From the NCBI GenBank assembly GCA_053919585.1, contig CM132820.1: DNA of 64,000 nucleotides. One strand, written 5' to 3'. A model generated the notes under the pieces. That model did no database searches. It was not told the DNA's origin and worked only from the letters and a program-made list of their open reading frames with translations. Position 1 is the stretch's first letter. The number at the start of each line of letters is the position of its first letter. Made by a program: the position numbers and the translations under genes. Origin of the DNA: Euprymna scolopes (taxonomy: Eukaryota). Below are positions 30,001 through 41,769 of the stretch, in pieces.

Positions 30001-33000
30001 CATACCTAAGAAATGGTTAGGTGGTGATGCATACCTAAGAAATGGTTAGGTGGTGATGCATACCTAAGAAATTGTTAGGTGGTGATGCATACCTAAGAAA
30101 TTGTTAGGTGGTGATGCATACCTAAGAAATGGTTAGGTGGTGATGCATACCTAAGAAATTGTTAGGTGGTGATGCATACCTAAGAAATGGTTAGGTGGTG
30201 ATGCATACCTAAGAAATGGTTAGGTGGTGCCACATACCTAAGAAATGGTTAGGTGGTGCCACATACCTAAGAAATGGTTAGGTGGTGATGCATACCTAAG
30301 AAATGGTTAGGTGGTGCCACATACCTAAGAAATGGTTAGGTGGTGATGCATACGTAAGAAATGGTTAGGTGGTGATGCATACGTAAGAAATGGTTATGTG
30401 GTGATGCATGCCTAAGAAATGGTTAGGTGGTGCCACATACCTAAGAAATTGTTAGGTGGTGCCACATACCTATGAAATGGTTAGGTGGTGCCACATACCT
30501 AAGAAATGGTTAGGTGGTGCCACATACCTAAGAAATGGTTAGGTGGTGATGCATACCTAAGAAATGGTTAGGTGGTGATGCATACGTAAGAAATGGTTAG
30601 GTGGTGATGCATGCCTAAGAAATGGTTAGGTGGTGCCACATACCTAAGAAATAGTTAGGTGGTGCCACATACCTAAGAAATGGTTAGGTGGTGCCACATA
30701 CCTAAGAAATGGTTAGGTGGTGCCACATACCTAAGAAATGGTTAGGTGGTGATGCATACCTAAGAAATGGTTAGGTGGTGATTCATACCTAAGAAATTGT
30801 TAGGTTGTGATGCATACCTAAGAAATGGTTAGGTGGTGCCACATACCTAAGAAATGGTTAGGTGGTGATGCATACGTAAGAAATGGTTAGGTGGTGCCAC
30901 ATACCTAAGAAATGGTTAGGTGGTGCCACATACCTAAGAAATGGTTAGGTGGTGATGCATACCTAAGAAATGGTTAGGTGGTGATGCATACGTAAGAAAT
31001 GGTTAGGTGGTGATGCATGCCTAAGAAATGGTTAGGTGGTGCCACATACCTAAGAAATGGTTAGGTGGTGCCACATACCTAAGAAATGGTTAGGTGGTGA
31101 TGCATGCCTAAGAAATGGTTAGGTGGTGATGCATACCTAAGAAATTGTTAGGTGGTGCCACATACCTAAGAAATGGTTAGGTGGTGCCACATACATAAGA
31201 AATGGTTAGGTGGTGATGCATACGTAAGAAATGGTTAGGTGGTGATGCATGCCTAAGAAATGGTTAGGTGGTGATGCATGCCTAAGAAATTGTTAGGTTG
31301 TGCCACATACCTAAGAAATGGTTAGGTGGTGCCACATACATAAGAAATGGTTAGGTGGTGATGCATGCCTAAGAAATGGTTAGGTGGTGATGCATACCTA
31401 AGAAATGGTTAGGTGGTGATGCATACGTAAGAAATGGTTAGGTGGTGATGCATACCTAAGAAATGGTTAGGTGGTGATGCATACCTAAGAAATGGTTAGG
31501 TGGTGATGCATACGTAAGAAATGGTTAGGTGGTGATGCATACCTAAGAAATGGTTAGGTGGTGCCACATACATAAGAAATGGTTAGGTGGTGATGCATAC
31601 CTAAGAAATGGTTAGGTGGTGATGCATACCTAAGAAATGGTTAGGTGGTGATGCATACCTAAGAAATGGTTAGGTGGTGATGCATACCTAAGAAATGGTT
31701 AGGTGGTGATGCATACCTAAGAAATGGTTAGGTGGTGATGCATACCTAAGAAATGGTTAGGTGGTGATGCATACCTAAGAAATGGTTAGGTGGTGATGCA
31801 TACCTAAGAAATTGTTAGGTCGTGATGCATACGTAAGAAATGGTTAGGTGGTGATGCATACCTAAGAAATGGTTAGGTGGTGATGCATACCTAAAAAATG
31901 GTTAGGTGGTGATGCATACCTAAGAAATGGTTAGGTGGTGATGCATACGTAAGAAATGGTTAGGTGGTGATGCATACCTAAGAAATGGTTAGGTGGTGCC
32001 ACATACCTAAGAAATGGTTAGGTGGTGCCACATACCTAAGAAATGGTTAGGTGGTGCCACATACCTAAGAAATGGTTAGGTGGTGCCACATACCTAAGAA
32101 ATGGTTAGGTGGTGATGCATACCTAAGAAATGGTTAGGTGGTGATGCATACGTAAGAAATGGTTAGGTGGTGATGCATGCCTAAGAAATGGTTAGGTGGT
32201 ACCACATACCTAAAAAATAGTTAGGTGGTGCCACATACCTAAGAAATGGTTAGGTGGTGCCACATACCTAAGAAATGGTTAGGTGGTGCCACATACCTAA
32301 GAAATGGTTAGGTGGTGCCACATACCTAAGAAATGGTTAGGTGGTGATGCATACCTAAGAAATGGTTAGGTGGTGATGCATACCTAAGAAATGGTTAGGT
32401 TGTGATGCATACCTAAGAAATTGTTAGGTGGTGCCACATACCTAAGAAATTGTTAGGTGGTGCCACATACCTAAGAAATGGTTAGGTGGTGCCACATACC
32501 TAAGAAATGGTTAGGTGGTGCCACATACCTAAGAAATGGTTAGGTGGTGATGCATACCTAAGAAATGGTTAGGTGGTGATGCATACGTAAGAAATGGTTA
32601 GGTGGTGCCACATACCTAAGAAATGGTTAGGTGGTGCCACATACCTAAGAAATGGTTAGGTGGTGATGCATGCCTAAGAAATGGTTAGGTGGTGATGCAT
32701 ACCTAAGAAATGGTTAGGTGGTGCCACATACCTAAGAAATGGTTAGGTGGTGCCACATACATAAGAAATGGTTAGGTGGTGATGCATACGTAAGAAATGG
32801 TTAGGTGGTGATGCATGCCTAAGAAATGGTTAGGTGGTGATGCATGCCTAAGAAATGGTTAGGTGGTGCCACATACATAAGAAATGGTTAGGTGGTGCCA
32901 CATACATAAGAAATGGTTAGGTGGTGATGCATGCCTAAGAAATGGTTAGGTGGTGATGCATACCTAAGAAATGGTTAGGTGGTGATGCATACCTAAGAAA

Positions 33001-33381
33001 TGGTTAGGTGGTGCCGCATACCTAAGAAATGGTTAGGTGGTGATGCATGCCTAAGAAATGGTTAGGTGGTGATGCATACCTAAGAAATGGTTAGGTGGTG
33101 CCACATACCTAAGAAATTGTTAGGTGGTGCCACATACATAAGAAATGGTTAGGTGGTGATGCATACCTAAGAAATGGTTAGGTGGTGATGCATACGTAAG
33201 AAATGGTTAGGTGGTGATGCATACCTAAGAAATGGTTAGGTGGTGCCACATACCTAAGAAATGGTTAGGTGGTGCCACATACCTAAGAAATGGTTTGGTG
33301 GTGATGCATACGTAAGAAATGGTTAGGTGGTGCCGCATACCTAAGAAATGGTTAGGTGGTGCCGCATACCTAAGAAATTGT
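1..33381. repeat. 29-bp tandem satellite, about 1150 monomers, open at the left window edge
   Basis: Consensus TGGTTAGGTGGTGATGCATACCTAAGAAA repeats head-to-tail. Common variants are GATGC/GCCAC, ACCTA/ACGTA/ACATA and AATGG/AATTG. The ORF track lists nothing here. Confidence 0.99.
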
Positions 33382-33492
33382 AAATGATGCAAAAAATGAG
33401 GAAACAGAATTTCTTTTTATATCAACTGATTGCCATGCAGTCTTCGATTGCAAAACTAAAATGTCCTCTTGTAAATGTTCGTTTAAATCTAT

Positions 33493-33554
33493 AGAAATAG
33501 TTAGGCAATGCTACACGTTTACAAAATGGTTAGGCAATGCTGCATGTTTAAGAA
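33493..33554 (+). repeat. Two diverged relic satellite monomers
   Basis: AATAGTTAGGCAATGCTACACGTTTACAA and AATGGTTAGGCAATGCTGCATGTTTAAGA keep the 29-bp period; the second matches the consensus at 22/29. Confidence 0.85.
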
Positions 33555-34744
33555 CGCAAAAAGATACATTTTTCAAACAGAAAGTTTTTTTGTTTTTTTT
33601 TACGAATAGAACAATAAAACTTTTATGTAAAAATAAAATAAAAACTAATTGGATTTTCATATTTTGTATTGTTTTTCTTTTTAATCATTTTTATTTCTCG
33701 GATGAAATATACAAAAAAACTTTGGCAAAATATGGAAAAATTTTTTTTTTTGTATGTGAGAAAACAGACAATGGTTTTGAGTTTCATCCTAATAATATTC
33801 TGTTGTAATTATCGTAATTAGTCGGAAGACTAAAAGAAATTGTATCTGTGGAAATTTCATTGGCAAGACAATAATAAAAATATATAAATAAAAATTGAAA
33901 TCACAGAAGAAAACAAACGTTTTGTTTTGAAGTCTTTGCCATTTCTGCATAGACTGTTAATTAGCGCTTTCTCCCTTGCTCGCCATCTTTGAATAGATAC
34001 ATTTTAAAACTAATTATCCGTAGATTCTAACTCTAGCTGCAAGATTATATATACATATACATATATATATAACATATCAATCTACCCACACTTTCATATC
34101 TTGTATGTATATTTACTTAAATTTTACTATATGAATTTACTTACTTTTTTTTTTTTTTCTGAAATTGCAGATACCGGCCGCCTTCTTCTCCTTTAAATAA
34201 TTTTTATTTTTTATCTTTATTCTTTTCTTATTTTATTTTATTTTATATTATATATTATATTTTATATTTTATTTTTTATTATATAATATTTATTTAATTA
34301 TTTATTCTTTATTTTCTATTTATTTTTTATATATTTATTTATTTTTATTTTCCTTTTTTATTTTTTATTTTCCTTTTAGTGTCGTTTAATAACTCTTGCT
34401 GACATTTTTTTTAAAGTGATAACCTGTACATTTCAGTTGACCTATATTATTTTGCCCTATATATATTTTTGCGCCTTTAACATTTCCTGTCTGGGTCGTT
34501 TTGACTTTCGCTTCCCTTTATTTTATATTTAACTTTATCATTTTTTTTATCTCTCTCTTTTTTCTTCCTAGATCTTTTTATTTATAGTTATGTCTCGGAG
34601 GTAGAGTGAAAAGCACACCTTATTTTTCTTTTATTAATATTTTTTTTTTTTTCCTTGTACATGTTTGTGAATTATTCCATGGATTTCTGCCTTTGGATTA
34701 TTATGGACCATCTTCTTCCAATTACGGGATTTCCTTGGATTTTA

Positions 34745-34880
34745 CTTGTACAAATGGAAATTCTTTTAACTTTCTTGAAGTTTTACATTTGGATTTTACC
34801 GTCACTGGATTTTTTATCTTCCACCAGACTAGTCATTCATGTGTAATCACCTTTTTCTTTACCATATTCCCTCTGCTTAA
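34745..34880 (+). repeat. Partial copy (5' part, no ribozyme) of dispersed repeat family A
   Basis: CAAATGGAAATTC...TTACATTTGGATTTTACCGTCACTGG...CCATATTCCCTCTGCTT is shared with 54797-54930 and 62143-62240. Confidence 0.85.
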
Positions 34881-34958
34881 CTTATTTTGAGGTGGTTAGG
34901 TCTCAGGGTTTTTTTTCCATTTCGTTTCCACCTCCGCGTCAAGGCTTTGGGGTTCAAG

Positions 34959-35104
34959 TCTACTTAACTACTAAAACTTTTTTTTTTCTTTTACACCTCC
35001 ATCCGGCCAACGTTTTTTCTTTTTTTTAAACAGGGTTGTTTTGATCTATCCCCCCAACACACACACCTCCAAACACTCGGGAAACGCCAGGTACCCCCTG
35101 CTAG
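34959..35104 (+). mobile_element. Short non-autonomous Helitron-like element
   Basis: Begins TCTACTTAACTACTAAAAC. Ends with imperfect hairpin CTCGGGAAACGCCAGG and CTAG followed by T. Confidence 0.55.
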
Positions 35105-35794
35105 TATGAAAACAAAAATGGGCGCAAGTGTTTTTGTACGTCCGCAAAAGGCTTTTTCCTCGGCCTTCTCGCTTCGGTTACATTTATGGAGCACTTTCCT
35201 TATACTTCCTAGATCGTAATATCTCCGATTTGCGAACAGACATCGTCTATCTTTATTTTCATCGACTTTTAAAAAAATCCCTGATTTCCAGTGTTTGTTT
35301 GTCTTTCTCGTATAAATAAAATGAAAACTGATCGAAGTAAACAAAGCTGCCTGGCCTTCCTGGCCGGGACGTTTTAAAGGCAATTAGGTTTGAAACCCTT
35401 CATATCAGACAATTTCTATTCGTTTGGACACTGCCAGAGTTCCCCTTTTTGGGAGGAGCTGGTTTTCCTCGACACCATGGGGAACCAAATAAATAAAACG
35501 GCAAAAAGTGGGAAGCTTAACTGGCCTTCAACCTTTATTTCTGTGCGTGCATGACATTCATTTTGCTATCCGCTATCATTTCTGCGTCTGCGTGATTCCT
35601 AACTTAATTACCAACTCATTCATTAAACTATCCGCTATGGCGTAATGGTTTGAGTTCGATCCCACCTCTCTCTCTATCTTTTCTTTATTTCATCTTTTAA
35701 TTACCGATTCTTTTTTTCACATTCTTTTCCCTCTTCGCGGTACAGGTTCCAGCCTGCTTGCCTACTATCACTTTTTTTTTTTATTCAACACACA

Positions 35795-35832
35795 CTTACA
35801 AACGCCCGGGCAATGCCGTGCACCCCCGCTAG
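35795..35832 (+). mobile_element. Helitron-like 3' terminus (5' end not located)
   Basis: CCCGGGCAATGCCGTGCACCCCCGCTAG|T: GC hairpin plus CTAG. Confidence 0.6.
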
Positions 35833-36760
35833 TCAGTTATAAGCCAGACAGCTGTGAGAAGGATGGAAGTGTCTAGAGATTTTGTTTACGGTTGTTTGCT
35901 TCCTCGCGAACTACCACATTCTTAGTCAACTGAGTATTTACCAGTGATAAAAAGTGGGTTCTGTACGAAATTCCCAAGTGTCTAAGACATTGGTTGGATG
36001 CTGTCTCTCACACTGCAAGACCGCCTATGCACTAATGATGGGACGATTCCAATATTTTCCCCGATTCCGATACAATTACTGATTCCGATTCTATAAATCT
36101 CTAATTATTTAACTATAGAATTGTTATTTCTCCCGATTTTCGTAAAAACGCATTTTAAATATGCAGATATTTTCCTAAACGTCAAAATACATTTGCGGAG
36201 AATGATCTATCGATTTTAGCTTCACTAGTATTTTAAAATCAATAAATATTTACTAATTTATCAATATTACCAGCAATGGAAGATTTTACTTTAAACAAAA
36301 TAAAAAAAAAAAGCTAAAAGAATCGATTTGGTATCGAAAAATAGACATTAATTTTTCCGATTCCGATTCTGATTAATTGTCTCAACACTACTATGCATCC
36401 ACGCAAGACTATACTTTGTGTCTATTGGACAAGTCAAGTGGTTAGTTACTGGAGACCTACACTCGCAGCAATTGAAATGCGTGCAACAGGTATTGCGCTA
36501 GAAGAAACCAGCACTGGTTAATTGCAAAGGTGTGATATTTTTTTCATGACAAAGCCAGGCTGCATGTTGCGCAAGTGGTCAGGGATACCATACAGCAATT
36601 CAGGTGGAAGACTTTGTACCATCCACCTTATCCACCTGACCTTGCACCAACCGATTACCACTTCTTCTACTCCATGGATAATTTTTTTCGTAGGAAGTCC
36701 TTCACTAATGAAGCAAACTTGCACCAAGCCTTTATGGATTTTTTTTTCATGTGTCCTCCC
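35833..36760 (+). pseudogene. Degenerate mariner transposase fragment, split by a MITE
   Basis: Translations FTSDKKWVLYE (TGDEKW motif), FFHDKARLH and LYHPPYPPDLAPTDYHFF, with frameshifts. Confidence 0.85.
36033..36390. mobile_element. hAT-type MITE
   Basis: Imperfect TIRs TAATGATGGGACGAT / ATTGTCTCAACACTA. 8-bp TSD CTATGCAC / CTATGCAT. Repeated subterminal CCGATT motifs. Interrupts the mariner coding sequence. Confidence 0.8.
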
Positions 36761-36785
36761 CTGAGTACTACCACAAACACGTTAA

Positions 36786-37419
36786 CAGAAGGTGCTGGAT
36801 TATTTTTTAAAAAAAAATTCATACTGTGAAGCGTTTCTTTTTCTTTTCTTCAAAAATGGACGGAAGTTTTTTGGTTACATGTATAAATAATGGCCGTGCC
36901 TGTATCTGCGTGGAATTTGAACCAGACGTAACTAACTGGTGGCTTGGCTTTGCTCGGAACATGCCAGCTTTTCTATGATCGCATTAGACGATGTTAAAGT
37001 GGGGTGAGAAAAGACCGGATGTGGAAGAAACTTTGCCAACCCAATCGGGTAGCTTTCCGATATATGGTTTAAAATGGAGACAAAACGGTCATTACCACAT
37101 AAACTCGAAAAGATAAATGTCGAGAAGCTCACAGCTGAGCTGGTCCCGTTGATTTTTTTTTTTTTTTTTCCTTCCAATACATTCCCCAAAGATCGTCTGC
37201 TTCTTTGCCGTGCATTGATCGATGATCAGAACCAGACGTCATGTTCCGAGCAGAGCTGAGCGGATGGTGAGTTACGTCTGATTCATATTCTGCGTGAGTA
37301 CCGGCACGACCACTATTTATACAAGTAACCTAAAAAGTCCCGTCCATTTTTAAAGAAAAAAAAAAAACGCTTCACCTTATGAAATTTTTTTTTTTTTTTA
37401 AATAATCCAGCGCCTTCTG
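36786..37419. mobile_element. TTAA-flanked MITE with about 150-bp TIRs
   Basis: TTAA|CAGAAGGTGCTGGATTATTT...AAATAATCCAGCGCCTTCTG|TTAA; arms stay complementary to CAGACGTAACT/AGTTACGTCTG. Confidence 0.8.
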
Positions 37420-37604
37420 TTAAGTTCCACTTTACTCAGACGCTTGATCCGGAGAATCTGTGGAAATTCCAGGTTAGTTGAAAATTTTTAAAAACACATT
37501 ATAAATAAAATAAATAAAAAATAAGATAAAACAAATAATGACGAATTAGAAACAAATTTTTATCAAATTATTTTTTAAAACTTTTTTAAGCTAAAAAGAT
37601 TTTC

Positions 37605-37925
37605 TTTTTTTTTTTTTATTCAATTTTCACCCCAAACAAGGCACAGTGCCACTTTGAAGCAGGGGGCTACTATTAGGGACTTAATTAGCGGGGTCATTAT
37701 GAAGGGAGAAGAGTAGAAAGATGTTTGTTAACATTACACTTGAACTTCTGCATATCACTGCAGTTGGGAAAGCAGAATCCCGGAAGGGAGTTCCAAAGAC
37801 CCGCAGTTCTGGAGAAGAAACTATTGGAGTAAAAGGCTTTCTTGCACCTAGGGATCTCTACTGTAAAGGGATGAGACTTAGTAGCTTGTCGGGTTTGTCG
37901 GGGGTAGTTACGTCGGGCAAAATTC
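37605..37925 (-). mobile_element. CR1/L2-like LINE 3' fragment with poly(A)
   Basis: SHPFTVEIPRCKKAFYSNSFFSRTAGLWNSLP...FKCNVNKHL, same family as 61834-62103. Poly(T) on the + strand. Confidence 0.85.
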
Positions 37926-38139
37926 AACACACAACACATTTTTTTTTTCTGAATATTTTTGTTATATAAATTATAAAGGAACAGATGTCAATTCACTTGC
38001 ACATTTTTTTGAATTTTAAAAAGAAACTATAATAAAAAAATTAGTCTTCTCTCAACATGACCTTTTTTTAATTATAAAATAAACTAGCCATTTAAATATA
38101 CTCACAAAAAATGAAACAAAAAGACATCAACATGTACAA

Positions 38140-38270
38140 CAATTTAACAGACAAGAATGATTATACGTAAAGATGAATTAACTTTAAAAAAATAATAATT
38201 AAACGGAAGTGCTAATTGCTATATTACAACGTGTGTTTAAATGAAAACATGCTGCCTAAATTCACACACA
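38140..38270 (+). pseudogene. PLE ORF N-terminal fragment
   Basis: YNVCLNENMLPKFT parallels FNNICLNEK..LPKYT at 46470-46516 and 48185-48218. It ends at a simple repeat. Confidence 0.55.
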
Positions 38271-38683
38271 CTATTTATCTATCTATCCACCCCTCTATTT
38301 TTGAAAATGTACACTTTGCAGATATTTTCTATTCTGAAACCATAAACAGACAGCCATGTTATTTATTTTATTTTTTTTTTTTTTTTAACTTTTGGTTTTA
38401 ATGATTTTTAATTAATAAAGAGTGGCTATAAAGGGAGGTAATTCGTTTCTCATTAATTTATGTTTGCGATAATGTTTTTTTTTTTGTGACACTGGATGTA
38501 CAGACAAGTAAATTATTACTTTTGATATAGCCCCAAATATCATGGGTTGACCATTAATTCATGTAAAATCTCGCACATAATAAAATTGCTCCTCGTCTTT
38601 TTATACTAACTTTGGCGGATCATTTTTTTTTTAAAATCATTTCCGGATAATGTATTTATGGTACTTATGCACTTATGTTACTG

Positions 38684-39016
38684 GCCCTGTCGGTGGGGCA
38701 TTAGAATACGCCAACTGCTCCCCTGCAGAGGGTAAAAGTCCCTCAATGGGGGTCCTGGATATGACCTTAAACTATCTCCAGTAGTGAGGCCCCAGCTTGT
38801 GGGCTTTGGGGAATCTGGAGCCACCCTTTAATTGCCATTGCTCCCAGGTTCACTCTGACCCGGAGTGGTAGTACCTGTTAGGGTCCCAACTATGGGTTAA
38901 ATAGAAACCGACGTGAAAACAACAAATATATTCTATTAAAAAAATTTTTCTTCAAAATCTTTGGATTCGGCATTAAATAACCTGAGAAGGGTTGATAATA
39001 CAAAACAACCAACCAA
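38684..39016 (+). mobile_element. SINE-like retroposon with (CAAC)n tail
   Basis: 14-bp TSD CACTTATGTTACTG at 38670-38683 and 39017-39030. The 3' part recurs on the - strand at 63849-63983. Confidence 0.85.
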
Positions 39017-39698
39017 CACTTATGTTACTGTGCTGAAATAATAGCGTTATTATTTCGAAAGCCATTCTTAACAGGGGGGGGGAGTATTTTGTAATTATTC
39101 TATACATTCCCCTAACAATTTGATAATAAAAAAAAGATAATGTAAAACTTGAATTTATGTGATAAAAATCAGTTAAAATGACTTATATGTCATTAGAAGG
39201 TTGGTGATCGAAGAGGGGTCAATTTCATCTTTGTCTTTGGAAAACCTAGTCACTTTCTTGGCTCTAGTTTTATCTAGTTTGATTTGCACATGATGTATTC
39301 TGTTACTAGTTATTTAAAAGCGTCACCTCCTTCCGGGGATGGGATGGGGGAATGTTCTGTTTACTGTTAAATTTCTAAGGAACCTTTTATACTTGTTAAC
39401 TTTGTGTTATTGGACTCCTGACAGAGTTGGGGGGGGGGGTCACCATTTAACAATATTTCACAAGCTTTACGCCCGACCCAACTCTGATCTCTGTTCATGT
39501 CGGAGAATGTAAGACATTTAACTTGAAAATCAATGCCTCCCTTCAGTCTCGAAAGACAAAGGATACCCCCTACAGCTGCGCATGTAATTGTGAGGCAAGG
39601 GTTGTGTAATCCCAACCACACCTCTCCTGAATCGGAACTGTTTGAGTCCAGTGGCAAGGAGAAGACTGGAAACAATGCCGAGATAAGCGGAGAGCACA

Positions 39699-39800
39699 TA
39701 CAGCACCTGGAAGCCTCAAATGGTCACCCATTTAGTACTGACCAGGTTCAACATTGCTTAACTTTGAAGACCCATCGGGAATGGTGTGTCAATATGATTA
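39699..39800 (-). mobile_element. 5S rRNA-derived head (SINE3-like or 5S pseudogene)
   Basis: Minus strand GACACACC...AAGTTAAGCAA...AGTAC..ATGGGTGACC...GGTGCTGTA follows the metazoan 5S pattern. Confidence 0.75.
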
Positions 39801-39947
39801 ACTTGAAAATACTATTTTAAAAAAAGTATCACGGTAATATAAATGCATAAGTATCGTATTCATTTCTCTGAAAAAAAAAAAAAAAAAAAAAAACATAGTT
39901 GCTTCTTCAAACTGACTTTTATCGAACAAAACTTTAAACTTAGGAAT

Positions 39948-40216
39948 TGTTTTCTTAGAACTGCACGCCTGCGGAATTGTCTTCCGTTTTCCTGCTTTCC
40001 AGCTGTCTATAATATGGTTGTCTTCAAGTCCAACGTGAACAAGTTTCTGATGAGCCGTTCCACTTAAGTTAACAAATTTACCGAACTTCCATTACTATCG
40101 ATTACTATATTGTCCTTTTGACTACTGTACACTCTTTAACCCTTATCCTTGAGTGGCCTATCGGCCTTGATAAGTGATGACGTCTATGTAAAAAAAAAAA
40201 AAAAAAAAAAAGAAAA
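39948..40216 (+). mobile_element. CR1/L2-like LINE extreme 3' end with poly(A)
   Basis: FLRTARLRNCLP...FKSNVNKFLM; 3' UTR related to 52885-52980; A-tail at 40190-40216. Confidence 0.8.
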
Positions 40217-40478
40217 AGATCAGTTTGCAGTTGGATTATAGTCGGGTAAAAAAGGGGGTAGGGTACTTATGCAGAATACGGACCGTGCTGAAATAATAAC
40301 GTTATTTTGGAAAACATTCTTAACATGAGGAAAGGGGATATTTTTTTGTGAGCTAATTTGTACTTTCACCTAACAGTTTAATAAACAGAAAATACTGTAA
40401 AATTTGAATTCAACTTGAAGATCTTGTCTCAAATTATCTACCGGTTCATATTCTGCGCAAGTACAAAAAAAAACAACA

Positions 40479-41232
40479 CTTCAGTAGTGTTTTCTTATAG
40501 TGAAGTGACTTATCACATCGCGGAGGAATCTTTAGCAGACATTTGAAATAACAAGAAAGTTAAAAAAAAAAAAAAAAAGAAAAAAGTGGTGTGTTTTGTA
40601 GTTTTTAATGCTTTTGAATTCATCTAAAAAAGTAAGTTTTCACGAGTGGTTTACAAAAACATATTTTTATGTTTTTTTGTTCTTATTTGAGGGGGTATTT
40701 AATTATAGAACTTGTGTAGTTAAACAGGTACTTCTGCAGTTTAATTAACTACTTTTCCGTAAGTAATACGCCGACATCTACTGAGTGGAATACCGTTTAA
40801 CATTTCACAAAAATTCTGTTTACATTGGGGAGGGGGGGGGCGGTGATGGCGATCTCTCCCCAATGTAAACAGAATTTTTGTGAAATGTTAAGCAGTATTC
40901 TACTCGGTAAATGTCGGTGTGTTACTTACGGAAAAACGGTTAATGAAACTGCAGAAGCACCTGTTAAACTACACAAGTTCTATAATCGAATATCCCCCAA
41001 GAAAAGAACGAAAAATATAAAAATGTTTTTGTAAACGCCTGAAAACTTTTGTTCGCGCAATTAAAAAGCATTTAAAACTATGTAACATAAAAAATGAATC
41101 AGATTTTTTTTTTTTTTTTTTTTTTTTTGAAAACTTTGTTATTTCAAATGTCGGCTCAAGATTCCTCTGCAATGCGATAAGTCACTTCACTAGGTGTATG
41201 CGAACGCGTCATGTAAGAAAACGCTACTGAAG
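40479..41232. mobile_element. Foldback element / long imperfect palindrome
   Basis: Arms of about 350 bp (CTTCAGTAG...ACATTGGGGAG and CTCCCCAATGT...CTACTGAAG) around a spacer of about 23 bp. Confidence 0.85.
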
Positions 41233-41769
41233 GTGATGAAATGGCGTAAAATAGCTCCAGGGTCCAGGGGTTCATACCATGCAAATGGTAAATTTGTGAC
41301 GGGTTTGATTATCAGATTCGTTGTCAGCGACCTCGAATACTTCTAAAAATCCAAATTAGAGTGGTCGGCGTTCTGTTGTAGTGTAAGGTACCATTTACCT
41401 TTTTTATTTTGTGGCTTAAGGGGGTGAATGAAGAAAGCCTTTTACCGAAAACATTAACCAAAATCAAATAATATACCAACCTTACCTTCGCTGATACTCC
41501 GTGAAAACAGAATAAAAAGCGTATAAATATTTTCAAATAAAAAAAGAATCTCCTTTTTGCTTTTCTTTAACAGCAACCAAAAGTTCAACAACAAAATGAA
41601 TTCTTATAATTTCTTCTTTTCACGATGTCATTTTTTTTTCTTCTCTTCCATAATTCACGTCGTCAATCGAAGGAAGATGACACGTTAATATTTTGTTGCT
41701 GTTCTTTTCGAATGTTGTCATAAAGTGGAAACCATATTGTATCACGTTGCTATAGCAACCAGCTTCGAA

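Noticed and set aside
1-33381. CRISPR array or coding repeat
   Set aside because: There are no unique spacers and no cas genes, the context is eukaryotic, and stop codons interrupt all frames.
1-33381. Telomerase-made long telomeric repeat
   Set aside because: Rare variants are duplicated in kb blocks, which indicates recombination. The G-rich strand runs toward the flank rather than toward a possible left chromosome end.
33461-35383. Short ORFs and an acceptor-like site near 34170 as host exons
   Set aside because: Low-complexity or repeat-derived translations with no recognisable domain or matching exon structure.
40027-40045. CTGATGAG here, and similar matches near 60740 and 61319, as hammerhead cores
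   Set aside because: They lie within LINE coding sequence and lack the GAAA and stem architecture.
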